IMG/VR virus record: IMGVR_UViG_2061766007_001638
Reading direction: 5' to 3' (one strand)
From: an uncultured virus (IMG/VR IMGVR_UViG_2061766007_001638)
Lineage: Duplodnaviria; Heunggongvirae; Uroviricota; Caudoviricetes
DNA length: 64,000 nucleotides
Each line of letters begins with the position of its first letter. Within the stretch, counting starts at the first letter, position 1. The notes below the pieces were generated by a model that saw only the letters and a program-made list of their open reading frames with translations, did not search any database and was not told where the DNA came from. Shown in pieces: positions 13,628-27,020 of the stretch. The position numbers were made by a program, and so were the translations under genes.

Positions 13628-13870
13628 ATGAAGTGGCGCGTGTATGGCATTGAGTGGGACAAGCATCCCGACACCTTGACCCTTGGGCGAGAGCCTAAGT
13701 ACAAGTTCAGCGAACTGCCGAAGGAAACCGTGGTGGAAACTGGGGACTTCAACGGCTTCTACGAGACGGACATGGAGCGCAGACAGGAGATGATTGACGA
13801 AATTGCCGAGGAACTGATTGACGCATGGGAGTGGAACCCAGACACGTTCTGCTTCAAAGAATTGGCTTGA
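13628..13870 (+). CDS. Small phage protein, paralog family with 21886 and 22218
   Basis: Shared IxW...LPKxVxV...IxD/ExL....xF pattern. Confidence 0.65.
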   Translation: MKWRVYGIEWDKHPDTLTLGREPKYKFSELPKETVVETGDFNGFYETDMERRQEMIDEIAEELIDAWEWNPDTFCFKELA

Positions 13871-15909
13871 CCGAACAGGAAGTTTTTGGTATAATATTGG
13901 CATGAAAGGAAACAACCCATGAACGGACGATACGAACTTAGAAAAGGCAAGGGAGACTGGTCTAACATGAGATACGGAAACTGGGAAGTCGCCCACTTTT
14001 GGGAGGACGGAATGACGATACAGGTAAAGTACTTCAAGACCCGCAAGGCCGCGCAGAAGTACCTTGACGAAAAGACTGGAACGTTTGACCTGTGCCTTGA
14101 CGAAAACGGATTCCCGATGATTTAGGAGGTTTACATGACGGAAGAGGAATACTGGACGGAGTACGAAATCATCCACGCGAACAGGGGAAAGACCAAGCGC
14201 GAGATTGAGAGGATTCTAAAGGACTTTGAAAAGAGAAACAGGGGGAAATGACCCATGCACTGGCTAATACCACTAGCCGCGATAGCGGTTGTCGCAATCA
14301 TCGTCCCAGTCTTCATGGTTTCCATGCAGTTGTTCAGCGAAATCATGGACTGCATATTTGACGATGATGATGAAGATGATGACANNNNNNNNNNNNNNNN
14401 NACAACCTCCTTTCATGCGGGGCATCCGTTCTGCGGGCGCACACTTCCTTTCATGTGCGCCCGCTTTTTTCGGAAAATTATAGCGAACATCCGCCATCCT
14501 GTCAAGCCATTTCAATTGACTTGACAACATGGAAGCGATTTGGTATAATAGAGGCATGAAAGGAAAAAACGAAATGAACTTGGACGAACTGAAAGAGAAG
14601 TTTTTGGAATACGCGAAGTCCCATCCGACATTTGACGTTGTGGACGACTTCGATAACGACATCCTGTTTGACGCGGACGGCAACCCGCTCTTTGACGTTG
14701 ACAGAGTAATCTGTAAGAACAACGGAAAGACCACGTTCTCCTTGAAGAAGTTGTACATCGTCTCGGAGGACGAGGAGAACGAACTGGATTCCTGGATGCA
14801 GGGGTTCCTCGGATATGCGGGAATCGTCAGCGCGACTCCCCTCCACCATTCTGTCTTGAACGATTGCGGTGCTGACTACGATGTTGAAATCCACTGCATA
14901 CTGGAACTTGATAAGGAGATTCAATGATGAACATGGAAAAGACGAAACCCGCTAGAAACGGAAATGCGAAGAAGATGAAAGAGGTAATCCTCATGGCGAT
15001 TGAGAGCGGAAACTCCACGCCCGTTCGCATGGCGAGGGTAGTGGAGAACTACACGAAGGACGCCTTGCGCGATTTCGTGGAGGACTGGGCGGAGGAATAT
15101 AATACGTACATGGACGAGGACGAAATCAATGAAATCGTCAATGGTCTGTGGAATGACGGAGACAAGTGGTGGTGGGACGAGGCGTGGTGCATACAGGCGT
15201 ACAGGGACTAAACTTTCATGGGCGTCCAGCCCCTATTCATGGGAGGGGCTGGACTTTTTCGGAAAATTATACAGGAAACGGAGCTTCCTGTCAAGTTATT
15301 TCCCTTGGCAATTGATTTGACAGAGTAGTTGCCTTTTGGTATAATTGAGGAGTGAAAGGAGATGTGGAAATGAGTTTCATAAACATCGCAATAGCACATG
15401 ACGCTACCTGTAAAAGGGGTGACGAGTGGTTATTTCACGGATTTGAGGCAAACAAGGGAGGATTGGACGATGGCGGGGAAGGAAATGATGACGGGTCGTC
15501 CGTGGGTTGTGGTTGTGTAGTCGCAATCATTCTTGTCGCAATAATTGGAATTATAGTGTGGGCTTGCAACTGAGGGATGGAACATGACGCAAGACGAAGC
15601 GATAGAGAAGGTTCGTCCGCTACTGGACGGAAAGGTTCTTGAGGATGTTCAAAAGGAACATTTAAAGGACGAATCGTCATACAACTGGAACTTTTATCGT
15701 TTGTCTGACGGGACGAAAATCCATGTAAAGACTGACGAGTTCTACGAAACTGACGAAATATACCTAGTTGACGGCAAGAATGAAATCTATGTCGGGTATT
15801 GTACTTGCTTCAATGAAATAGTGATAACGAAATGGTTTCCGACTTGAGGAAATAACTTGACCATTGTCTGAAACTTTGGTATAATAGAGGCATGAAAGGA
15901 AACGAACCC

Positions 15910-16626
15910 ATGAACGAAGAAATCAACAACATCGTAGTCCGTCTCAACACCATTCAGAAGAAGGTGTTTAACTACTCCCTCACCTCCGCTGACAGAAAAG
16001 AGTTCAAGGAACTCACGCGCAAACTGGTGACTCTCGGCTACAAGGCAAGCAAGCGGAAGGTGCGCGACACGTTCGGGCGTCTCATCGCGGTGGTGTGGAG
16101 CGCGAAAACCATTAAGCAGTCCCGCAAGGAGGGACGTAACACGGAGTGCGAGTTCATCTTCACGGACGTCCGCCCGAAGGACAGGAGAACCTTGAAGGGC
16201 GATTGCACCACGAGGGCTATGGCGTACTGCCTCAACGGAGTCATGACCTATGACGAGATTGAAAGTCGGCAGTACCTCCTCGCGGCAAAGAAGCACACGC
16301 GGAGGAACACGAACGGAACATGGGACATCATCCTCACGGAGCATGACTACGCGAAACTCAAACTCACCCGCTCCGTGAAGCGTTCAGTTCTCGCCCGAAT
16401 CATCGCCAACGCAATCACGAAGCCAGTTGTCTCCCATTCAAGCGGTCATGTCGCGGTGATAGACAAAGACGGAGTCCATGACACTTGGGACAGCCGTGGA
16501 GGGCGTTGCCTGTCAATCTACGTCTACAAGACCGACTTGGTTCAGGTTCGTGAGACGCTTGAACTGCGCGGGATAGGGACTGTGTTTTCCACGGTCTGCC
16601 TTCCCAAGCAGGGTCTGGGTTTTTGA
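15910..16626 (+). CDS. Putative papain-like (C39-related) peptidase-fold phage protein
   Basis: GDCTTRAMAY ... SGHVAVI..G.HDTWDS gives a Cys-His-Asp spacing. Confidence 0.5.
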   Translation: MNEEINNIVVRLNTIQKKVFNYSLTSADRKEFKELTRKLVTLGYKASKRKVRDTFGRLIAVVWSAKTIKQSRKEGRNTECEFIFTDVRPKDRRTLKGDCTTRAMAYCLNGVMTYDEIESRQYLLAAKKHTRRNTNGTWDIILTEHDYAKLKLTRSVKRSVLARIIANAITKPVVSHSSGHVAVIDKDGVHDTWDSRGGRCLSIYVYKTDLVQVRETLELRGIGTVFSTVCLPKQGLGF

Positions 16627-19600
16627 GTGAACAAGGAGAAGCGAAACATGAAGCAGACATTCAAGGGCTGGACTCTCGGCCTAATCCATACAAAAGGGTA
16701 CAAATTGTTTCTCGGAAGGTACAAGACATCAGAGGACGTGTGGTACGCCACGACATATAGCAACCCATGCGAATACTATGTATACAGAAATCTTTTCAAC
16801 ACGCCAGAGGAGGCACTGGATTTTTGGAAGGTCTGCTATTATGAGCCATACGAGGGCAAGGACGTCTTTACCCCGATTCCAGTCGAGATTGAACTGACCG
16901 TTGACGTGAAGGGCCTCGGCTTTGACTGGAACGGATTGACTTGACGGGGTCTGCGGTTTTTGGTATAATGGAGTCACGAAAGGAAACTGGAAATGAACTT
17001 CTTTGAACTCAACGATGACCAAAGGCTTGAACTCAAGCAGAACATCCTCTCCCAAAGGTATGACGCACGGGGGGAGTCTCCTTCATACGGAGAACTCGCA
17101 ATGGCGGACGAACTCGTCTCTGACGAGGACTTGGAGGACTGGTACGGGGACACGGTTTTCAGCGAGGACGATTTCATCTGCTCTGCGGGGAAATGACTTG
17201 ACTGGGCCAACGGTTTTTGGTATAATGGAGACATGAAAATGAAGTACGTCATTAACGTTGTGGAGACATACTCCAAGGAATACAAGGTAGAGGCAGACAG
17301 CGAGGAAGAGGCAATCGACCTTGCGGACGCCCTTGCGGCAAGGGACGATACCATCTGCCTTCCCGACAACATGAGCGACAGGCGGCTTGAAGTCATTGAA
17401 CGCATCGTGAAGAACTCGGTTACGAGGAATTGACTTGACTGGCCCGTGAGGTTTTGGTATAATGGTGGCATGGAAGGGAAAGAAACCATGAAACACCTAA
17501 GCAATGAGAAGATTGAAACCTACAGGAACGCGCTTCTCGGGGCGGAACGTTCCATTGAAGCCGCGCTTCAGACGATGAGCGGACTGGAACTGGATGACGA
17601 TGTTGGGATGTTGTGGACAGACTTGAACCATGCATACGCCTTGGTTCGGACTGGTCTTAGGAAAGACCACCTTCTGAGGGACTGGGGAGACAGATGACCA
17701 TAAACGGGACAGAGTTTGACGACCCGAGGGAGTCTCCCTTCCCCAAGAGGGACTACAGGGAGTTCTCCCAAGGGGTGCGTACCTCCGTGAAGGAGATGTG
17801 GGTATGCTCCTATGAGAAATGCGGGAACGGAACCTGCATGGTTCGCTACCCGATTACCATGACCAACAGGGGCGCGTGTACATTTGACGGCGTTCCAGTT
17901 CGAGACGAAGGAGAAAAGAAACTGATAGCGGACTTGTTCGCCACAGTAAAGCCCGTATAATATTCCAAGGAGAAATCAGATGTATTTTGACTTGGATGAA
18001 CTTGCGGAAATGAACGAGGACTTGGTTTTCATCGGGGATGAACCCAAGCAGTACGAAGGGGCTATAATCGGTCTGACATACGATTCCAACCACGTAGTCT
18101 ACTCTTACGAGAGATTGCAGGAGATTATGATGAAGGAGAATGGATGGAGCGAGGAAGAGGCCGACGAGTGGATTTCGTACAACACCGCGAGGGCGATTGA
18201 CTACATGGGGGAGTGCAAGCCAATCCTAATCAACGAGTTTCAGCGCTGACGATTTTCGGAAAATTATAGCAAACACTGACAAGGCCGTCAAGTCAAAATA
18301 TATAACTTGACGGCCTTGTCTTCTTTTGGTATAATTGACGCAGAAAGGAAACGAAACATGGTTAAGATTAAATGCGAGGTCAATGCGAAGGCAGACACCT
18401 TTGAGGACGCGCTCTTGGAAGTGCAAAAGAAACTCAGGCTTCTCTACGAAACCTCACATGACGATGCGCTCAAGGACGATTACCATTACTGGGACAAGGA
18501 GAACTGCGGTGACGTTGACTGGTATCCGTTCACACTCACCACCTCTAGGTCTCGTTCCGTGTTTCATGTGATGAACGCGTTATGAAGACCGAATACATAT
18601 TCCCCACGATAATGATTGGGCTGAACATCGCTTCCGCAATCTGCTATTTCCACCAGTCAAACTGGAGAATGGCGGTTTACTGGATTGCGGCGGCGACGCT
18701 CACCTCGTGCGTCACTTACGGGAAATAACTTGACAATACTGCAACCATTTGGTATAATAGAGGCATGAAAGGAACGATTATGAAAAACCAAGTGTTCGTC
18801 CGCGAATCATCCACCCTCGGCTCGGTTGAGTACGAAATAACCGCCAACTACAAAGGAAGCGCGACAGAGACAGTCCTCGCCCGTTGTTGGGACTACCTTC
18901 TCGCAGAGAAGATTCGTGACGCGGTGGAGGACTACATGAAGTCCAACTACAAGGTCAATTCCGAATTGGTTTGACAATACGGAAACAATTTGGTATAATG
19001 GTGGCGTAAGCGAACGAAAGGAAAACGAAAATGAACGCAGACAAGATTGAGCAGATTGAAAATGCCGCGCTTGAACTGGAGCGCATCGTAAACGCGATGG
19101 GCACGGATGAGGCAACCGACCTCCTCGTTGACAAGTTGACCTATATGCACAGAACTCTCGTACAGTCCTTCACCTCCAAAATCGTAATCAAGTTCATCTT
19201 GAAGTTGGCCGAGAACTACGAGAACGGACGATACGACCTCCGCAACGAAGCCGCCTGCAAGGCTTGCAAGACGATGAAGGACGCAATCATCAAGGCGTAC
19301 AACCTTGACGAGGACTTCATCAAGAAGTACGGATTCAACCTCCCGCTCATCTGAAAGGAGACGAAATGGACATCTACATCGTCACCCTAATCGGTGTCGG
19401 GACGGACACTAGGGCATGGGCGTTCAAGTCATACGATGACGCGAAAAGGCAGATGGAACTTCTGACCAGTTATCAGCACGGGTATGACATCCGCCAGTAC
19501 GAGGAAATGTGCCATGACTGCATAAAGGGATATTCGTGTGGCGCGGAATGTGACGTTGAAATACAGATTCACAAGGAGAAATTGACTTGACTGGGGTCTG

Positions 19601-21885
19601 GGTTTTTGGTATAATATTAATATCACCTAAAAGAGAAACTGAAGCGGAGGGGGATTGTCTGCCCCTTCCGCTTCTTTTTTATAACTTGACAGTTAACGGT
19701 TTGTTTGGTATAATAGGGGCACAAGCGAACGAAAGGAAAAGGAAATGAACCGCAATCTTGTAGGCAATCAGAAGTTCACATACGAGGAACTGGAGTCCGC
19801 ATGGGAAAAATTGAAGGGGAAGGTGGATTTCGGCTACATATATGACATCCGCAACGGATATTCCATTACGGAGTCTAGGGACTGCAACGAAAACGAATGG
19901 TATGCCGAATGGAACTTTGAGTCTCTGTGCAAGGCGGTTGAGTCTGCGAAGGGCGTAATCACATTCGGTGACTTGGAAGTGTACTGGAACCACCACGGAG
20001 AAGCCGACTCAGACGGACACGGGATATTCATCGTTGACGGATTGATTGACAGGGTATATTGATTTTACTTGACTGGAAACGTACCATTTGGTATAATAGT
20101 CGCGTAAACGAAAGGAAAAAGAAATGGACTACAAGACTAGCATCACCATCCCGAAGAAGGAACTCATGCTTTGGAACGACAGGCTTCGCTCTCCAGGAGA
20201 CCTTGACTACAATGAACTGGACTTCCCGAAGTATTCTACGGTCATGAAGTGGACTGCGACATTCCCGAACGGGACGGAAGTTGACCTCAAGGTAAACACG
20301 AACACGCCCGAGGACGGGGACGTGTGGGCGGAAGCCGTGCTCTTTGACGAGAACGGATGCCAAATGGCCTACACCGAACCCGAGTATGACGAACTTGACG
20401 GGACTTGGTATCTCTATGACGGAGACGATACCTACACCCTCGCGGTGTATTGGGGAGAGTGAAATGAAGTACGATTACAAGACTGGAAGGTTTGACCTGT
20501 CCAATACGAAGGCCGAGAAGACATACGATTTCTCGCTGAAGAACACGCTTTGTGGCGGTGGATGGATTATAAACGCAATAGAAGGTGAACTTCGTGCGTT
20601 CTGTTCCATGAACAGGTTGCGAATTGAGGTCTACAAGAGCGGATGGATTTACAAGAGTCTTACTTTCGTGATAAAGGGAGAAGGTACGAAAAGTTATGTA
20701 AACTCGCTCAAGGACAAACTCATGACTATGCTGAATAGTTATACATAATAACTTGACGATTACCAGACCTTTTGGTATAATAGAGGCACGAAAGGAACGA
20801 ACGAAATGGAAATCAAACCGAAAGACATCTGCAAGGGATTCGTGCAACTCCACATCAACGGAATCTCAAACACTAGCCTTCAAGGGCAGAACATCCACGT
20901 TTACGGATATAGACTGTATTCATGTGGCGAAATCATGTGCGTGTATTCTAGCGGAAAGTTCTACATCAACATGGACGATAACAAGAAGGGGACTTTCAAG
21001 AAGCACAGAGTCCACATGGTCAAGGCGGTAAACGATGAAAATCCATATCTTATCGTGTACTGCCACAATGAAGAAGAACTAAAGTCCATGCTCAAGAACA
21101 ACGCTGACATGGTTTCCGCAAAGCGGAGGGATATAGCGAACATCCTGTTTCCCATGCTTGAGAACTGCGTGTCCTCTTCCTACGCGCAGAATATATTTGA
21201 CGAGATAATCGACCAAGTGGTGGATGACGTGAACGAAACAGCAGACCCAGTTGAATGGAACGATGACGATGTACGCCTTGCCTGTGGACGGGTCTTGATG
21301 AACAGGCTTGAATACGATTGACTTGACAACAGTCGTACTGTTTGGTATAATAGAGGCATAAAGGAAAGGAAAATGAAATGGACACGCCTAACATCTTCAC
21401 CGAGGACACAGACCTCAACATCGTAAAGTCTTGGCTCTGCAACGCAACGGACGGGCAGACCTATTCAATCTGCGACCGTTTCCTCCCCCGAATTAAGATT
21501 CCCGAAGAACTGTCATGGGACTTCTGCGGGATTGAGACAGAGTGGGACGAAATCATCGGGTGGAAGCACGACTACAAGGTGGACGACCCCGAAATGGAGA
21601 AGAGGGCCGAGAAGGTACTGACCGACATCAACGCCTTCATTGACAAGGTGAACGCGAAGCCGCAGGATTACTTCAGCCCTGTGCGTGACCCGCTGAAGGA
21701 GCAGGAGACGAAACTTCAGAAAGCCGAGCAGGTTCTGATTGACAACGGGATTGACGCAAGCAAAGCGAAGGCCGTCCTACAGGTAATCGGCTATGCCCTC
21801 TTTAACAAGGAACTCTACCCGAACGGGATTTGACTTGACGCGCATCGGGCCTTTTGGTATAATGGAGACACGAAAGGAAAAGAAA

Positions 21886-22158
21886 ATGACAGTCAACGTG
21901 ACGAACATCAAGTGGAGAAAAACGGACAACGATGGAAATCCAGTCCCGAGGAAAGTTCTCAAGAAACTCCCGAAGGAGGTTGACGTTGAACTTGACGATG
22001 GAATCCACATGGACTTGGACGATGAAATCACCGACTTTCTAAGGGACACATACGAGTGCGAACTGGAGTCTTTCTCCTATACGTATGACAAGGAAATTGA
22101 CTACGGCTTTGATTATTTCGGGGAGTACGTCAATTCCGTTGAAGCGATAGTTTCATAA
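21886..22158 (+). CDS. Small phage protein (paralog of 22218..22580)
   Basis: MTVNVTNIKW..D..GNP.P.K..K.LPKEVDVE vs MTIQVTDIEW..D..GNPPPKK....LPKAVDVE. Confidence 0.75.
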   Translation: MTVNVTNIKWRKTDNDGNPVPRKVLKKLPKEVDVELDDGIHMDLDDEITDFLRDTYECELESFSYTYDKEIDYGFDYFGEYVNSVEAIVS

Positions 22159-22217
22159 ATAACTTGACAACGCGTAACCATTTGGTATAATAGAGGCGTA
22201 AACGAAAGGAAAACAAA

Positions 22218-22580
22218 ATGACAATTCAAGTGACAGACATTGAATGGGACTTGACGGATGAGGGTGGAAACCCCCCTCCCAAGAAGGAAATCAAGGAACT
22301 CAATCTTCCGAAGGCGGTGGACGTGGAAGTTGAAGATGACGGAAGAGACCTTGACGAGCAGGTTGCCGACATTCTCAGCGATAAGTACGGGTTCTGCGTA
22401 AACTCCTTCACCTATGAACTTCCCGATGGGCCGACAGAGGACGAAGCGCTCGTTGAGGTGTTCAACGCCTGCATGGCGGGAGACGGAATCGGTGCGGCTT
22501 CAATGGGAGAGGGATGCGTGTTCATTGACTTCAACGGGACAACGTTCCGCGTGACGGTTGAGAAGTGCGAGGATAACTGA
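22218..22580 (+). CDS. Small phage protein (paralog of 21886..22158)
   Basis: Direct sequence similarity; own promoter. Confidence 0.75.
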   Translation: MTIQVTDIEWDLTDEGGNPPPKKEIKELNLPKAVDVEVEDDGRDLDEQVADILSDKYGFCVNSFTYELPDGPTEDEALVEVFNACMAGDGIGAASMGEGCVFIDFNGTTFRVTVEKCEDN

Positions 22581-22793
22581 AATGAAGAAGAAGTTTAGGG
22601 TTTGCTGGAACGAGACGTTCGTCTGCTCAAAGGTAGTTGAAGCCGAGAGCGAGCATGAAGCACTGGAAATGTGCCATGACATTGACAATCCCGACACGCG
22701 GGAGTTTGAGTCATACCATGACTGGAGCGTGATTGAGGAGGGGCAACTGAACCCCCAAGAGGATTTGTAGGGAACTCGCGATTCCCGAAAGGT

Positions 22794-22862
22794 GTGTGGA
22801 TAGTTTAATGGTAGAACTTTCGGCTACTCCCGAATGTGCGGGTTCGACCCCCGCTCCACACT
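22794..22862 (+). ncRNA. tRNA-like RNA with 6-nt anticodon loop (CTACTC), no CCA
   Basis: GTGTGGA/TCCACAC acceptor, D-arm GTTTAATGGTAGAAC, TTCGG/CCGAA stem, T-arm GCGGG-TTCGACC-CCCGC. Confidence 0.7.
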
Positions 22863-23410
22863 AGCGGACACGGNNNNNNNNNNNNNNNNNTTGAAAAACC
22901 GAACCGCCTATTGGTTCGGTTCTTTTTTTCGGAAAATTATACCAAACCACCACATTTCCGTCAAGTTATTTCCGTTGGCTATTTAATTTGACAGAGCGGT
23001 TGCCTTTTGGTATAATTGACCCGTAAGCGAACGAAAGGAAAACGAATGAAACCCTACACAGACGCAAAGCACTTCAAACTTGAAGCCTACCGACAGAATG
23101 ACGAGGGGTTGAAGTCCACCATCATCTACTACGATGTGTACTGCGACCTAAGCGAAGCCGCCCGAATCATGACGGACGTTGTTCTCCGCGAATTGCATGA
23201 CGGAGACGGGGAGAACGGGGGAAGCGGCTCTCTCAAGAACTGCTACGGGGAAATCTTCAACTCCTTCATGGAAGGACACGGCTACGCCTACGCGGACTGC
23301 CAGTTCTTCATCACTCCAGTCCACGGCATTGACGAGTACTTCACGAAATAACTTGACAGTGAAGAGGGGATTTGGTATAATAAAGGCACAACGAACGAAA
23401 GGAAACGAAC

Positions 23411-24109
23411 ATGACGAAAGCAGAGAAAACCAACATTGACAACCTCCTCCGTAACGCGAAGTCCATGCAGGAACTCTCGCAGTCCTTTGACGGGGAGTAC
23501 CGAGACGAGAAGATTTACGCCTACGCCAACGCGGCAGTCAATGAGTACAACGAACTCAAGAACTTCATCTTGAAGAAAATCCGAGAGAACATCGGTGTGT
23601 TCTTCAACCTCAAGGGCATGAACATCGGGAGTTTTTGGCAACCTCTGTCCATCAGCGGGTGGCCGCGCGAGGACGAGACCTATTCCGACCAAATCGGGAT
23701 GCTGAACATCACTTTCAAGGTGAACAACGACTACATCACGAACATCAGCAGGAGTAATTGCAGTTCAAACGCAAGGGTGTACACCTTCTCGTCCCCCAAG
23801 GCGATAACAGTCATTGACGTGTGGGCGCATACGAGCGACACGGACAAGCCCGAATACAGGGTGTGCTCTGCATGGAGTCTCGTCCGCCACGGAGAGCGCG
23901 ACCTTGAGAAACTCTACAACGCGAAGGGATGGCGGGAAATCTATTGCCTTGCAACATGGACGAGGGAGCAGACGAAACTTCTCCTCGCTACCTTTGAGAA
24001 GGCATTGGAAAGTCTAACGGCTGGCTTCAAGGCAAATGCCCTTGACAAGGAGGAGACCGCCAAGAAGAACGCGAGTGTCGGGCAGTACGTCTCCGTGAGG
24101 GGTCTGTGA
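23411..24109 (+). CDS. Hypothetical protein
   Basis: 232-aa SD-led ORF after a promoter. Confidence 0.75.
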   Translation: MTKAEKTNIDNLLRNAKSMQELSQSFDGEYRDEKIYAYANAAVNEYNELKNFILKKIRENIGVFFNLKGMNIGSFWQPLSISGWPREDETYSDQIGMLNITFKVNNDYITNISRSNCSSNARVYTFSSPKAITVIDVWAHTSDTDKPEYRVCSAWSLVRHGERDLEKLYNAKGWREIYCLATWTREQTKLLLATFEKALESLTAGFKANALDKEETAKKNASVGQYVSVRGL

Positions 24110-27020
24110 AAAAGGAGGTGTGAAATGGACGCGGAAACGATAAATGCAATCCAGTATTTCAGACTTGAGTGTACTGTGCCGAGAGCGGTTGAAAAGGCGG
24201 AAATCCTAATCAAGGCTCTGCAAAAGGCTGAATGGAACGCGGTTGAAACCGCATGGAGTTTCGTGGATAGCCAAGGGAAATAACTTGACGGGCGCAAGGT
24301 TTTTTGGTATAATAGAGGCATAACGGAAAGGAAAACGAAAATGACGAAGAAAGAAATTGAAACGCGAATCAAGCAAGAAGAGAACAGGGCAAAACGGCTT
24401 GAGGGAAAACTCGCTGACATCCAGTTTGACATTGACGCAACGAAGAAGGCGGTTGAGTTTTGGAAAGAGCAACTTAAAAAGGCGGAGGACTGAACATGAA
24501 GCACATGATTTACGACAGCGATACCGACACGGAAGGGTTCACCTTCACTGGTGAGAGAGCGAACCTCGCAACGAAGAATACGAAGCGAGACATCATCGTC
24601 ATCGCAGACCTCGGCCTGTGGGACGGACGCCACATGGGATACAAGGTTCTTTCTGAGGGAAGCCTGTCAAAGATTCTGTCCGTGTCACAGGGGGACTCCT
24701 TCAAACTGTACTACGATGACGAGACGGACAACGTGGTCATGGAGGACTCTCACCATGACGGGACGAACGTCTACACGTTCCGCGAAGCGAGGGCGAAGGT
24801 TGACTATGACGGACTCCTTGACCTAATCTACTTTGAGAAGGCCACGGACGAGGACATTGACAAGTACACAACTTCGTTGGGGAAGTACGTCCGCAAGATT
24901 TACGGATGGAAGGAAGCCGCCTGAAATAACTTGACGGGGCCAAAGGTTTTTGGTATAATGGTGGCGTAACGGAAAGGAAAAGGAAATGAACGTCTACATG
25001 ATTAACACGAAGGTCTACGTCTGCGTGAAGGAGACGGAAGATTTTGGAAAGGAAGTCGTGCACGTTTTCTCGAACAAGGACAAGGCGTGGGACTGGGTTC
25101 GCGATTCGTTCGTTAAGTTCACGGAGGAGCGTCCCGACATATTGAAAGAGACTTTCAACTGGACGAACACCGAAACGGAGCACTCCTGCTGGTGCGACTA
25201 CCTCTCCTACGGATGGTACGTCTACGAAATGACAGTCAAGAATTGAGGTGCGAAATGAAATACTACATCGTTGTGACGGAGTGGCTCTATCCAACGGAGA
25301 GCGGTCGTGACGTGTTCAACGACTTTGACACGAAGGAGGAAGCCCTTGAAATGTGCGCTGAACTTACAAGAACCGAGAAGTACAACTTCGCAGATGCCTG
25401 CAAGTTCGACCCGTCACCCGCCAACGCGGTGACGAAGAACGGGAAGACCGCAGGTTTCCTAATCACCGACAAAAACGGGAACGAGGAATGGTGGTACTGC
25501 GCCAAGGTTGTTGAGGTTGAATACGGCCTGGAGCAGATGGATTGACTTGACACGGACTTCACTTTTTGGTATAATGTTGCCATAGAAAGGAACTTGAAAA
25601 TGGTCAAAAAGACATTAAAGAGCCTGTACAATGGCATGAATGACGATGAGCGGAAAACCTACCTTGAAGCATTGAGGGTGGGCGTTGAGAACTGGACTTC
25701 CACGTTGTTTGACATATTCCAAGACAAAATCATGTTCAACGCGCTGAAGGGGAAAGGCGTGGAAACAAGAGAAATGAAAAACGCCATTTCAGAACTCCGC
25801 ACGGCAATCCAGTTCGTGAGCGGAAACGTGGACAGGCTTTCCACGTGGAAACAACTTATGGGAATTAAATGACATTTCCTTCCGTAACGCCAAGACGCGG
25901 CCACAAAGGCCGCGTTTTTTTCGGAAAATTATACCAAATGCACGCAGCCCTGTCAAGTCAATTGAAATAACTTGACGGCAACCCAGTTCTTTGGTATAAT
26001 TGAACACGAAGGAGAGCGAGATGATTACCTACAAGATGGTTATATTCAACACATACGGCATTGACAAGACCGTGTACATGACCTGCGAGAACTTCCACGA
26101 AGCGGTTTCACAGGTAAAGGCAAAGTACGGAAAGGACTGGTATGTCCGCTCATGTGAAATCGTTTCAGCGAAATAACTTGACAACGAAACAACCATTTTG
26201 TATAATAGAGGCACAACGAACGAAAGGAAAACAAATGAAGAACTTAAAGGAAATCTATGTCGTCTCTTGGGCGGACTATGACAGGGACGCAAGCATAATG
26301 ACTAGCGGAACCTTCACCGACATCTACTCCACATACGAGAAGGCGAGGGCTATGGTTGAAAGCATGATTGACCAGACCATCGCGGATGATATGTACGCCT
26401 TTGACGAAAGCGAGTACGAGAACGTGTACGGCACGAAGGACAAGTCTGAAATCAAGCGGAAGTTCATTTGCAGGGACACGCGCGATTTCATCATCGTCCA
26501 CAACCCGAATACCGACTACGAGAACCAGTACACCATCACGAAGTATTCGTTGGATTACGTGAAATAACTTGACAACACCGAAACGATTTGGTATAATAGA
26601 GGCATAAAGGAAAGGAAACAAAATGGGCTACAGAGCGCACATTCAGACGAAGCACATCGTTGAGTACGGAAGTTCAGAGAGGTTCAACTGGCAGAGCGAC
26701 AACCTCCATGACTGGTTCACGGCACACGGAGTTGACATAATCAACGGTGGCGAGTGCGGTGAATCCCCAGAATGGGAACTTGACCGAGAGCAGGTTGAAG
26801 CATTGACCGAAGAGGACTTCAACGACATCGGTGACTATCACATTGACGAAGGGGAATTGCGGGACTTCATCACGGAAATGAAGTCAACCAAGACTGGGAA
26901 TTCAATCTTCGTATCGTGGTTCTGACGGAAATAACTTGACAGTACCGAAACGATTTGGTATAATAGAGGCATAAAGCGAACAACTTAACAAAAACAAAAC
27001 AACCGAAAGGAAAAAACAAA

